Positions 9,003 through 17,001 of a stretch of 64,000 nt of DNA are shown one piece after another. The notes under the pieces were generated by a model. It saw only the letters and a program-made list of their open reading frames with translations. It did not search any database and was not told the DNA's origin. Origin of the DNA: an uncultured Enterobacterales bacterium (GTDB lineage: Bacteria > Myxococcota_A > UBA796 > JAFGLY01); the NCBI GenBank assembly GCA_964454135.1, contig CAYVQL010000009.1, forward strand, positions 3,858 to 67,857. The letters run 5' to 3'. Numbering within the stretch: the first letter of the stretch is position 1; the number at the start of each line of letters is the position of its first letter. The translations under genes and the position numbers were made by a program.

Positions 9003-10748
9003 ATGGCTGACATCGTCTTCGTCACCCCGCCGTTCACGGCCAACTTCTACCCCCAGCTGGCGGCCTCGTTGCTGACGGCCTGCGTGCGCCAGGCCGGCCT
9101 GCGGGCCGAGCAGGCGGACTTGAACCAGCCCTTCCACCAGCACCTCGACGCTGCCCTGAAGCTGAAGGCCCTGGTCAACCCCGGCCAGCAATCCCAGCTG
9201 GGACTGGTGCGGGGCGCCTTGCTGATGCACTTCTCCAACCAGCTCTTTCGCCAGCAGGGTGCCCAGCGGCGCTACTTCTCGCCCTACCTGCGGCCCGAGG
9301 GCGAGCGCAGCGAGCACCTCAACCAGGACCTGGCCTTTGGCTACGGCTGCACGGGACTGCTGCGCGCCCCGCCCGAGCTGATGGCCCGCTTCGCCGAGGA
9401 CGAAGAGTGCAACCCCCACGCCGCGTTCCTGGCGCGCACCGGCCTCGACCAGGCTGTCCTGCAACACGCCCGCCTGGTGGGCCTGTCACTGATCACGCCC
9501 TCCCAGTTCATCCCGGCTCTGACCCTGGCCGCCCGTCTGAAGCGCATGGATCCGAGGCTGCGTGTGGTGCTGGGTGGAGCCTGGGCCAGCATGTTCGTAT
9601 GCGAGCTGGTCTCGACACCCGCGCTGTCGTGTTTCTATGACGCTGTGGTCCAGGGAGAGGGCGAGGCGGCAGCCGTACACCTGGCCGGGGCCCGCGATGC
9701 CGAGGCCTGGGCCGCGGCTCCCAACACCTGGGTCAAGGCGCCCGATGGCAGCTTCAAGCCGCCCCGGCGCTGGGTCCAGGCCGATATGAACGAGCTGCCC
9801 ACGCCGGATTTCGACGGCCTGCCCCTGGACGCCTACACCACGCCGCGTCCGGTCAACCTGCAGACCGCCCGCGGCTGCTACTGGAACCGCTGCAGCTTCT
9901 GCGTGCACACCTTCGCCAACAAGCGCTTCAAGCCGCGCCGCTTCGAGCTGGTGCAGCGCGACATCGAGTCGCTGGTGGCGCGCTACGACCCGCGCTGCGT
10001 GATCTTCGCCGACCTGGCCCACCCGGTGGCCCGCCTGGACAGGATGTCGCGCTGGTTCACCGAGCGCGGCTTCCGCTTCCGCTGGCTGGGCTTCGTGCGC
10101 TTCGAGCGGAGCCTGAACTTCGAGGTGCTGTGCCGCATGCGCGATGCCGGCTGCGATCGCATCATGTTCGGCCTGGAGAGCGTGGATCCCTGCACCCTGA
10201 GCACTATTCGCAAGGGGCACGATCGCGCCACGGTGGAGCGCATCCTGGACGACTGCCAGCGCCTGGGCATCCGCCCCGTAGTGACGACCATGATCGGCCT
10301 GCCAGGCGAGACCCGCCAGCAGGCCATGCAGACCATCGACTTCCTGCGACAGCGGGCCGAGCAGCTCCAGGAAGCCTTCGTGGACGTGTTCCGCCTGGAG
10401 CGGGACACGGCCATCTTCGACCACCCCGAGCAGTTCGGGATCTCCATCGACAAAGAGGCCATCCCACCCTTCGACAACGCCATCCGCTTCCGCAACGTGG
10501 CCGGCGCGCTGCAGAGCGATCAGGCTCTGGAGCTGGCCAACCATACCATCTACGCCCATTACGCCGAAAACCCAGGCATGCTCTGGCGCCGCAAGTCCAT
10601 CCGCTGCTTGACCGACGCCCAGGCCTTCGATCGGCCCTCACGTTTCGCCGCCCGCTGCGATCTGGATTTCGGAGCGCTGCGCTACCAGGAACGACTGGAG
10701 GTGGAGCACTCCGGGTGGGATTTCCTGCACCCCGCTTCGCCGGCGTAG
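9003..10748 (+). CDS. B12-binding-domain radical SAM protein
   Basis: Start is at ATG 9003 (MADIVFVTPPF..., GGAGAA upstream). There is an N-terminal B12-binding-like Rossmann segment (RVVLGGAWAS). The cluster motif is ARGCYWNRCSFCVH, and later residues include IMFGLESVD. Confidence 0.85.
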   Translation: MADIVFVTPPFTANFYPQLAASLLTACVRQAGLRAEQADLNQPFHQHLDAALKLKALVNPGQQSQLGLVRGALLMHFSNQLFRQQGAQRRYFSPYLRPEGERSEHLNQDLAFGYGCTGLLRAPPELMARFAEDEECNPHAAFLARTGLDQAVLQHARLVGLSLITPSQFIPALTLAARLKRMDPRLRVVLGGAWASMFVCELVSTPALSCFYDAVVQGEGEAAAVHLAGARDAEAWAAAPNTWVKAPDGSFKPPRRWVQADMNELPTPDFDGLPLDAYTTPRPVNLQTARGCYWNRCSFCVHTFANKRFKPRRFELVQRDIESLVARYDPRCVIFADLAHPVARLDRMSRWFTERGFRFRWLGFVRFERSLNFEVLCRMRDAGCDRIMFGLESVDPCTLSTIRKGHDRATVERILDDCQRLGIRPVVTTMIGLPGETRQQAMQTIDFLRQRAEQLQEAFVDVFRLERDTAIFDHPEQFGISIDKEAIPPFDNAIRFRNVAGALQSDQALELANHTIYAHYAENPGMLWRRKSIRCLTDAQAFDRPSRFAARCDLDFGALRYQERLEVEHSGWDFLHPASPA

Positions 10749-10758
10749 CAGGTACGGA

Positions 10759-11691
10759 TCAGCGCCGCCTCCAACGCCAACGCAGCGGCCGCCACCAACC
10801 CTCGGAAGTGGTCCAGTCCTCTTCTTCCTCCTCGGCGGCCTCCTCCTCCGCGACCTCTTCCTCCACCGGCTCTTCCTCGGCTGTGGTGGATCCGTCATCC
10901 CCCTCGGTGGCATCCCCGTCGCTGGTGGCCCCCTCTTCCGCGTCGGTGGGCCCAGTGAAGGCTTCGAGCCACTCCAGGTTGGTGTCCACCCGGGTGTAGC
11001 GGTCCTTGCCCAGGCAGTCCGGGTCGCCCCAGCTCAGGGCGCCGGCTACGCGCACGGTGCCCTGGCTGTCGATCACCATCACCGGACCGCCGGAGTCGCC
11101 GAAGCAGACGCCGTGCACGCGCTCGCCGTCGATGGTCATCTCGTGGCCATCCAGGTCCACGATGGGCTCGGCCGTGAACTCTCGTTCGCCGTAGCCGCCG
11201 TCCTCCTGCTGGCCATAGCCGGCGGCCTCGGACATCTTGCCCAGCCAGCTGTCGTCCAGCTTCTCGGTCAGCAGCGGGATGGGCTCCAGGCCCGGCACGG
11301 CCTCGGTGGCGTCGCGGTCCAGCATGGCGATGGTCATGTCGGCGTCCGGGTTGCGCTCCACGAACACGGCCTCGAAGCACTGGTCCGGATCGGCCGGATC
11401 CTCGCCCACGCAGAACTCATCTCCCTTGCGCACATTGCAGTGGTTGGCCGTCAGCACCCAGCGGGAGGCGATGATGGTGCCGCTGCAGTTGCCCCAGGTG
11501 CCGATGGCCAGCATCTGCCCCTCGGTGAGCGGCACGTAGGTGGGCTTGCTGGTGCCGTAGTAGACGGGCGGTGGCGGCAGGGCGGACTGCAGGTCGCCCA
11601 CCAGCTCGTCGGTGTGGCTGTCGCCGGAGCAGTCTCCGTCGGCTTGGGTGTGAGGGACGAAGGAGAGCAGCAGGTAGGAGAATGGGTGCAT
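10759..11691 (-). CDS. Secreted trypsin-like (S1) serine protease with an acidic linker and a W/R-rich C-terminal tail
   Basis: There is a signal-like N-terminus. The His context is WVLTANHC, the Asp context is DMTIAMLD, and the Ser context is CFGDSGGPV. The tail reads ...EEEAAEEEEEDWTTSEGWWRPLRWRWRRR. Confidence 0.85.
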   Translation of the reverse strand: MHPFSYLLLSFVPHTQADGDCSGDSHTDELVGDLQSALPPPPVYYGTSKPTYVPLTEGQMLAIGTWGNCSGTIIASRWVLTANHCNVRKGDEFCVGEDPADPDQCFEAVFVERNPDADMTIAMLDRDATEAVPGLEPIPLLTEKLDDSWLGKMSEAAGYGQQEDGGYGEREFTAEPIVDLDGHEMTIDGERVHGVCFGDSGGPVMVIDSQGTVRVAGALSWGDPDCLGKDRYTRVDTNLEWLEAFTGPTDAEEGATSDGDATEGDDGSTTAEEEPVEEEVAEEEAAEEEEEDWTTSEGWWRPLRWRWRRR

Positions 11692-11828
11692 GGTTCACTC
11701 CTGGGCAGGCGCCTTCACAGTCGCAAGAACCGTTCCAGCCCCGACAGAGCCCTGCAGCGGCCTGCGCACGCCTGCCGAGGGCGTCTGGGGCCCCCCTGCC
11801 GTCGCGGTGCGACGTTTACTCCCCAGGC

Positions 11829-12674
11829 TCAGGGACAGTCGAAGAGCGAGTTGATGAACTCGTGGTGCCTGGGGTAGGCGCGCGGATTGTCGCCCTCGGT
11901 GACCGTGCGCATGATGTTGTCCGATTCGCCGATCTCGCGGTCCGCGTCGTTGCGATCGCGGTACTCGTCGAACAGGCCCAGGTGGTGCCCCACCTCGTGC
12001 GCCACGGTCAGGCCGTCATCGCCTTCGAACCAGGTGCCGGCGTTGGCCCAGCCATCTCCGGCGCGCACCTCTACGGTGGAGTGGGCGTCGTCCTCGCTGT
12101 CCACGAAGTTCACGTCCACGGTCAGCGACTCGTCGCCCCACATCTCTTCGACAGCCTCCTCCCACTCGGCCTCGCGCTCCTCGTCCCGCTCGCCGTCCAG
12201 GTAGATGTTGACGGTGGCCGTGAATACGCCCTCGCCGGTGGAGGTCAGGTCGAAGGCGGCATCCCAGCCATAGGTGCCGTCGCTCCAGGGGTAGTCCACC
12301 TCGGTCTCCACCTCTCCGTCGAACTCGTCGTCGGCGTTGTCGCCCACGCCGTCGCAGTCCGAGTCACGGGTCTCCTCGGGATCCTCGGGGAATGCGTCGC
12401 TCTCGTCGCCCACGCCGTCGCCGTCGGTGTCCACGGACTCGCGGTGGTTGTTGGGGAAGGCGTCGTCGCGATCCGGCACGCCGTCGCCGTCGGTGTCGGT
12501 TCTCGGTCGTTCTGGCTCGCCCCCTCCGCCGCCGCCCACCACGCTGGAGAGCCAGGCCACGAGATCGTCGATGGGGCCGGCGGGCGCGCCGCAATCGGCG
12601 GCCAGGCCGCGCTCAGGGGCCGCCAGCAAGGCCGAAGCGGCGACGAGGAAAAGGAACCTGCTGGGGCGGGTCAT
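11829..12674 (-). CDS. Secreted zinc metalloprotease (HExxH) with thrombospondin-type-3-like Ca-binding repeats
   Basis: Start is at ATG 12674 (MTRPSRFLFLVAASALLAAP), overlapping the upstream stop (ATGA). Repeats read DTDGDGVPDRDDAFP and DTDGDGVGDESDAFP. The zinc motif is AHEVGHHLGLFDEY. Confidence 0.7.
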   Translation of the reverse strand: MTRPSRFLFLVAASALLAAPERGLAADCGAPAGPIDDLVAWLSSVVGGGGGGEPERPRTDTDGDGVPDRDDAFPNNHRESVDTDGDGVGDESDAFPEDPEETRDSDCDGVGDNADDEFDGEVETEVDYPWSDGTYGWDAAFDLTSTGEGVFTATVNIYLDGERDEEREAEWEEAVEEMWGDESLTVDVNFVDSEDDAHSTVEVRAGDGWANAGTWFEGDDGLTVAHEVGHHLGLFDEYRDRNDADREIGESDNIMRTVTEGDNPRAYPRHHEFINSLFDCP

Positions 12675-13159
12675 TCTGGCACCAGCTCTTTCATCAGGGC
12701 GCTGATGCGCTGCAGGCGGTCCACCTGCCCCATGTCGTTGTACCACTCCCAAAATCCCCCTTCCTGGGCTCCTATGCGCAGCTCAAGGTAGGCCTTGCCC
12801 TCGTCGGGAACCGCCTGGCGCTCGGGGATGCGCTGTTCCCAGGCCTCGTGCTCCACCAGCAGCGCCACCAGCTGCAGCAGCTGCTGCTCGGAGAGGGTGA
12901 CGTGACGCTTCTCGTCCTCCTGCGAGCCACGGTCGCGAGTGGTGCGGGTGGCGGTGCCATCCCCGGAGATCTCGATCTCCGTGCCTCCGTAGAGAGGGTG
13001 CATGGCCCGAAAGGCCACAGCGAAGCCGTCGGGGATGGTGGCGCTGGTCTTGGCCTGCTTGATCTGCGCCTCGAGCGAGCTGGGCGCGGCAGCGGTCAAG
13101 ATGAGCAGGGAGCAGGCCAGCAGTCCTGCGAGCAGCCAGTTGAAGCGGGTGCGGAACAC
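12671..13159 (-). CDS. Small secreted hypothetical protein
   Basis: This is the in-frame part of the 315-aa track ORF that lies downstream of the sulfatase-like gene. I propose a GTG start at 13159 (FRTRFNWLLAGLLACSLLILTAAA signal) with GGAGAG upstream. The start is uncertain. Confidence 0.45.
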   Translation of the reverse strand: MFRTRFNWLLAGLLACSLLILTAAAPSSLEAQIKQAKTSATIPDGFAVAFRAMHPLYGGTEIEISGDGTATRTTRDRGSQEDEKRHVTLSEQQLLQLVALLVEHEAWEQRIPERQAVPDEGKAYLELRIGAQEGGFWEWYNDMGQVDRLQRISALMKELVPE

Positions 13160-13244
13160 GGGGCTCTCCGGGCTGGGGTGGATTGCCCAGAGGATTCGCA
13201 AGATGCGTGCCACGGGCTCGCCCCCGCCAGAGCCCCGTCCTCCC

Positions 13245-14768
13245 TCAAGGACCTGGACGCCCCACCGGTCCCCGTCCCGGCCCCCGTTTCTCGTTCTCGC
13301 GGCGCGCCGGTTGGCGCAGGTGTTCCCAGTACCCGCGCTGCTGCAGCTGAAGCAGCTGCTGGTCGCTGACCTGGGGCAGGTCGCGGGGCGCCTGATCCAC
13401 GCGCTCTTGCACCCAGGCCAACAAGCGCCTCTGCAGGGCGTCGGCCAGCTCCGGCTCGGCGGCCGAGAGCTCGAGCAGCTCACCGGGATCGTCGCGGATG
13501 GCGAAGAGCTCGCGCTTGGTGCAGGGCAGCAGGGGCGCGTAGGCGACTCCCGGGCCCTCCGCCCCCGGAAGGCAGCTGGCCAGCTGGGCCGGGACCTCGT
13601 CCCCGCGACCAGCCGCATCAGCCTGGCGCAGCACGGGCGGCGAGTGGATGATCAGCTTGTGGTCGGTCGTGCGCAGCGAGGCGGCCTCCAGGCCCGACAT
13701 GCTGAAGATGTCCTGTGCCGTGTAGCTCCCGCTGGCCAGCCCCATCAAGGGCAGCAGCGAGGCCCCGTCCATCCCGACATCCGCGGGGATGCGGGCGCGG
13801 GCCAGCACGCTGGGCGCGATGTCGATGCTGCGCACGGGCTGCTCAACGAGCAGGCCCTGGGGTCCCGCCGGATCGACCCAGATCAGGGGCAGCAGCAGCT
13901 CGCTGTCGTAGTGGGAGCGCGCATGCCCCAGGTGACCGTGGTCGAGCAGATCCTCACCGTGGTCCGAGGTCAGGATGACCACGGTGTCGCGCTCGAAATC
14001 CATGCCTCTCAGCGCGTCGAGCACCGGCCCCAGGACTTTTTCGTCGTAGCCGGCCAATGCCTTGTCGTAGAGATCCAGCGCGGCCTCTTCGGCCCGCTCC
14101 GCTCCCAAGGTGGTGTGCTTGACGCGGAAGTAGTGGTCCAGGCTGGGGGTGGGAGCGTTCGAGAGCCCGGCCGCCAGCTTCCAGTCCAGGTTCGGCAGCA
14201 TGAAACTGGGCGGAAAGTGCAGGTCGAAGTGGTGCACCAGCAGGAAGAAAGGTTCCTCGGCCCGCTCCCCCAGCCAGTCGATGACATCGCAGGACAGGGC
14301 CTGCCACCTGAAGTTGGGCCCGCGCCCCACCTGCTGAAAACCCGAAGACATCACGGGGAAGATGCCAGGGGTGGTCTGGCCCCAGTAGACGGCCGTGTTG
14401 TAGTCGTAGAGGGAGAGGATGTAGGGCAGGCTGCGCGTCGAGCTGTCGAATCCAGCGCTGTCTTGATCCTCCAGCTCCATCACGGGGGGATAGCGCCCAG
14501 TCAGCAAGGCGCGCAGCGAGGGCAGGGTCCAGTTGGCCTGGGCCACCAGCTCGGGGAAGAAGGCGCCCTGGGAAGCGAGATTCCGCATGACGGGCGCCAC
14601 GGGCAGGCCCTCCCGCGTGGCGTAGACCCGATCCGCGCGCAAGGAGTCGATGTCGATGAACACGAAGTTGGGGCGGCGAAAGCTCGTGGCCTGGCCCGCG
14701 GCGGGGTCCGCGGGATCCCCGCAGCCCGCCAGCAGGATCGCCAAAGCCAGAGACGCCCGTTCGTTCAA
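13245..14768 (-). CDS. Alkaline-phosphatase-superfamily hydrolase (sulfatase/NPP-like) lipoprotein
   Basis: Lipobox is LAILLAGC. The metal-site context is FVFIDIDSLRADR. The nucleophile region is WTLPSLRALLTGRYPP, followed by SDHGE. Confidence 0.8.
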   Translation of the reverse strand: MNERASLALAILLAGCGDPADPAAGQATSFRRPNFVFIDIDSLRADRVYATREGLPVAPVMRNLASQGAFFPELVAQANWTLPSLRALLTGRYPPVMELEDQDSAGFDSSTRSLPYILSLYDYNTAVYWGQTTPGIFPVMSSGFQQVGRGPNFRWQALSCDVIDWLGERAEEPFFLLVHHFDLHFPPSFMLPNLDWKLAAGLSNAPTPSLDHYFRVKHTTLGAERAEEAALDLYDKALAGYDEKVLGPVLDALRGMDFERDTVVILTSDHGEDLLDHGHLGHARSHYDSELLLPLIWVDPAGPQGLLVEQPVRSIDIAPSVLARARIPADVGMDGASLLPLMGLASGSYTAQDIFSMSGLEAASLRTTDHKLIIHSPPVLRQADAAGRGDEVPAQLASCLPGAEGPGVAYAPLLPCTKRELFAIRDDPGELLELSAAEPELADALQRRLLAWVQERVDQAPRDLPQVSDQQLLQLQQRGYWEHLRQPARRENEKRGPGRGPVGRPGP

Positions 14769-15268
14769 TTCCCCGACTCCTCGGGATCCTCGACGATCCC
14801 CATGCGCCGCTTGAGGGCCTGCAATTCGCGCCGCGCCCGCTCCTCGCGCTCCAGGCGCGCCTGCCTGGCCGGGCTGGGTGGGGCTGCGCGCTCTTGGGGC
14901 GGCGGGGAGGGCGGCTCGGGCCGCCGGCCTTCCTTCATGGCCGCCTTGAGTGCCTCCAGCTCCTGGCGGGCGCGGGCCTCGCGCTGGGCGCTCTCGTCCT
15001 CAGGCGCCTGGACCTCGGCTTCCTGGGCCGGGGGCGGCTGTGGCTGGGGCAGCTCGGGGGCTTCCACCTCTCCCACAGGCAGGGGATCGCGGCCCTGTTG
15101 GGCGGCTCTGGCCTCCTCGAGCTCTTTCTCGGCGTAGTCCAGCAGCTCGTCCGCCAGGCCGCCCACTGCGCGACGCAGGCCCTTGAGGGCCTGCTTGGCC
15201 GCCGCCTTGCCGGCCTCGCGGGCCAGCCTCTCTTCACTCTTCTTCTTCGCATCGTCCAGGATGCCCAT
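14765..15268 (-). CDS. Hypothetical highly charged, coiled-coil-like protein
   Basis: ATG at 15268 has GAGGTG upstream, and a GTG at 15289 is an alternative start. It is rich in E/R/K/A/P with no signal peptide. Its stop overlaps the next gene's start (ATGA). Confidence 0.5.
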   Translation of the reverse strand: MGILDDAKKKSEERLAREAGKAAAKQALKGLRRAVGGLADELLDYAEKELEEARAAQQGRDPLPVGEVEAPELPQPQPPPAQEAEVQAPEDESAQREARARQELEALKAAMKEGRRPEPPSPPPQERAAPPSPARQARLEREERARRELQALKRRMGIVEDPEESGN

Positions 15269-15448
15269 GGCCACCTCGCCGCTGGGCACAGTCTAACTCC
15301 GCAAGGGCCGCCTGGGCGGCCCTTGCGGGTGTCGTTCGAGCAGACGGCGTCAGACGCCGCCGCTCAACGACACCAGGGCACCCCGGCTGGCCTTCGCCGC
15401 CCGCCATGGCTATGACCAGCGCCGCAACATTCTGTCGCAAGGTGCCCC

Positions 15449-16582
15449 GTGTCCCTCGTCTACCTCGATCATGCCGCGACCACGCCCATCGACCCGGGGG
15501 TGCTCGCTGCCATGAACGAGTTCCTATGCGCCGGTCCGGGCAACGCTTCCGCCATCCACCAGGCAGGCGTGCGCGTCGCGCGCGGGGTGGAGAAGGCGCG
15601 CCTGATCATCGCTCGACGACTGCGCGCGCAGCCCGACGAGATCATCTTCACCTCAGGGGGCACGGAGTCCAACAACCTGGCCATCAAGGGCCTCGCCTTG
15701 GCGGCGGCCCAGCGGGGGCGGCGCCTGGTCAGCTCCCAGGTGGAGCACCCCAGCAGCGAGCGCTGCCTGCGCTGGCTGCAAGAACAGGGCTTCCAGGTCA
15801 CGCGTCTGCCCGTAGACCGCCATGGCGGTGTGGATCCGGACGAGCTGGCCCACGCCCTGCGCCCCGACACCATCCTGGTCACGCTGTTGCATGGCAACAA
15901 CGAGCTCGGGACCGTGTTGGACCTGGCTCCCATCGCCAGCGCCTGCCACCAGGCGCGCGTGCCGCTGCACCTTGATGCCTGCCAGAGCTTCTGCAAGCTG
16001 CCGCTGGCCGTCGGCCCCGGCATCGACGCCATCTCGCTCAACGCCCACAAGCTGCACGGCCCCACAGGGGTGGGCGCCCTCTGGCTGCGCAGAGGCATGC
16101 AGATCGAAGCTCTGCTGCACGGAGGCGGTCAAGAGGCGGGCCTGCGCTCCGGCACGACCAATGCCGCGGGGATCGTGGGCTTTGGCAAGGCCGTGCGCCT
16201 GGCCACGCCAGAGCGCGCCGCCGAGCTGGCCCAGCGCAGGGCGCAGCTGATCGCCGGGCTGCGGTCCCGCCTGCCCGAGGTCATCATCAACGGTCCTCGA
16301 GCAGCTGCCCTGCCCCACGTGCTGAGCATCACGCTGCCCGGTGTGGACGGCAAAGCCCTCTTCATGGAGCTGAACCGCCGCGGATTCATGCTCTCGGCGG
16401 GTTCGGCCTGTTCGGCCAGCTCCACGGCACCCAGCCCGGTCCTGCTGGCCATCGGCCTCTCCGCGGAACAAGCGCGCGCCAGCCTGCGCATCAGCCTGGG
16501 CCGCCAGACCACGCCGGACGAGCTGGATCAGCTGATCGACCACCTCGTCTCGCTCACTCAACCAAGCGGAGCCGCGCCATGA
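15449..16582 (+). CDS. Cysteine desulfurase (class V aminotransferase, NifS/IscS family)
   Basis: Motifs are VYLDHAATTP, SGGTESNN, the PLP-lysine context SLNAHKLHGPTGVGALW, and the catalytic-Cys loop SAGSACSA. Confidence 0.9.
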   Translation: MSLVYLDHAATTPIDPGVLAAMNEFLCAGPGNASAIHQAGVRVARGVEKARLIIARRLRAQPDEIIFTSGGTESNNLAIKGLALAAAQRGRRLVSSQVEHPSSERCLRWLQEQGFQVTRLPVDRHGGVDPDELAHALRPDTILVTLLHGNNELGTVLDLAPIASACHQARVPLHLDACQSFCKLPLAVGPGIDAISLNAHKLHGPTGVGALWLRRGMQIEALLHGGGQEAGLRSGTTNAAGIVGFGKAVRLATPERAAELAQRRAQLIAGLRSRLPEVIINGPRAAALPHVLSITLPGVDGKALFMELNRRGFMLSAGSACSASSTAPSPVLLAIGLSAEQARASLRISLGRQTTPDELDQLIDHLVSLTQPSGAAP

Positions 16583-16818
16583 GCCCCGAACCCGACGACC
16601 GGCTGGACCTGGCCGGCATGCCCTGCCCCCAGAACACCGCCCGTGCCTTGCTGGTGCTGGAGATGATGGACGAGGGGGAGCTGTTGGAGCTCTGGCTCGA
16701 CGACGGCGAGCCCATCGAGAACGTCCCGCCGGCGCTGGAGCTGGAGGGACACGCGCTTGTAGGCCAGCAACGAGACGGCCAGGGCTGGCGCCTGCTGGTC
16801 CGACGGGGCGAAGACTAG
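16579..16818 (+). CDS. TusA/SirA-like sulfur-carrier protein
   Basis: 79 aa. LDLAGMPCPQNTARAL carries the conserved CP motif. The start overlaps the desulfurase stop (ATGA). Confidence 0.75.
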   Translation: MSPEPDDRLDLAGMPCPQNTARALLVLEMMDEGELLELWLDDGEPIENVPPALELEGHALVGQQRDGQGWRLLVRRGED

Positions 16819-17001
16819 CTGGACGGAAAAACGCAGTCCATCGGACTGAATGCCTGGCAGCTGAAGCGCTGTCTGTCTCATCTTGTCTCGACGAGATCCC
16901 CAAGGCGTGATCCCTCCACGGACCTAGTGGCTAGCCGCTCGCGCATCCCTCCCTCGTTCTCTTTTATCCGCCCGATCCAGGGCTGAAGAGGTGCTACGGC
17001 T

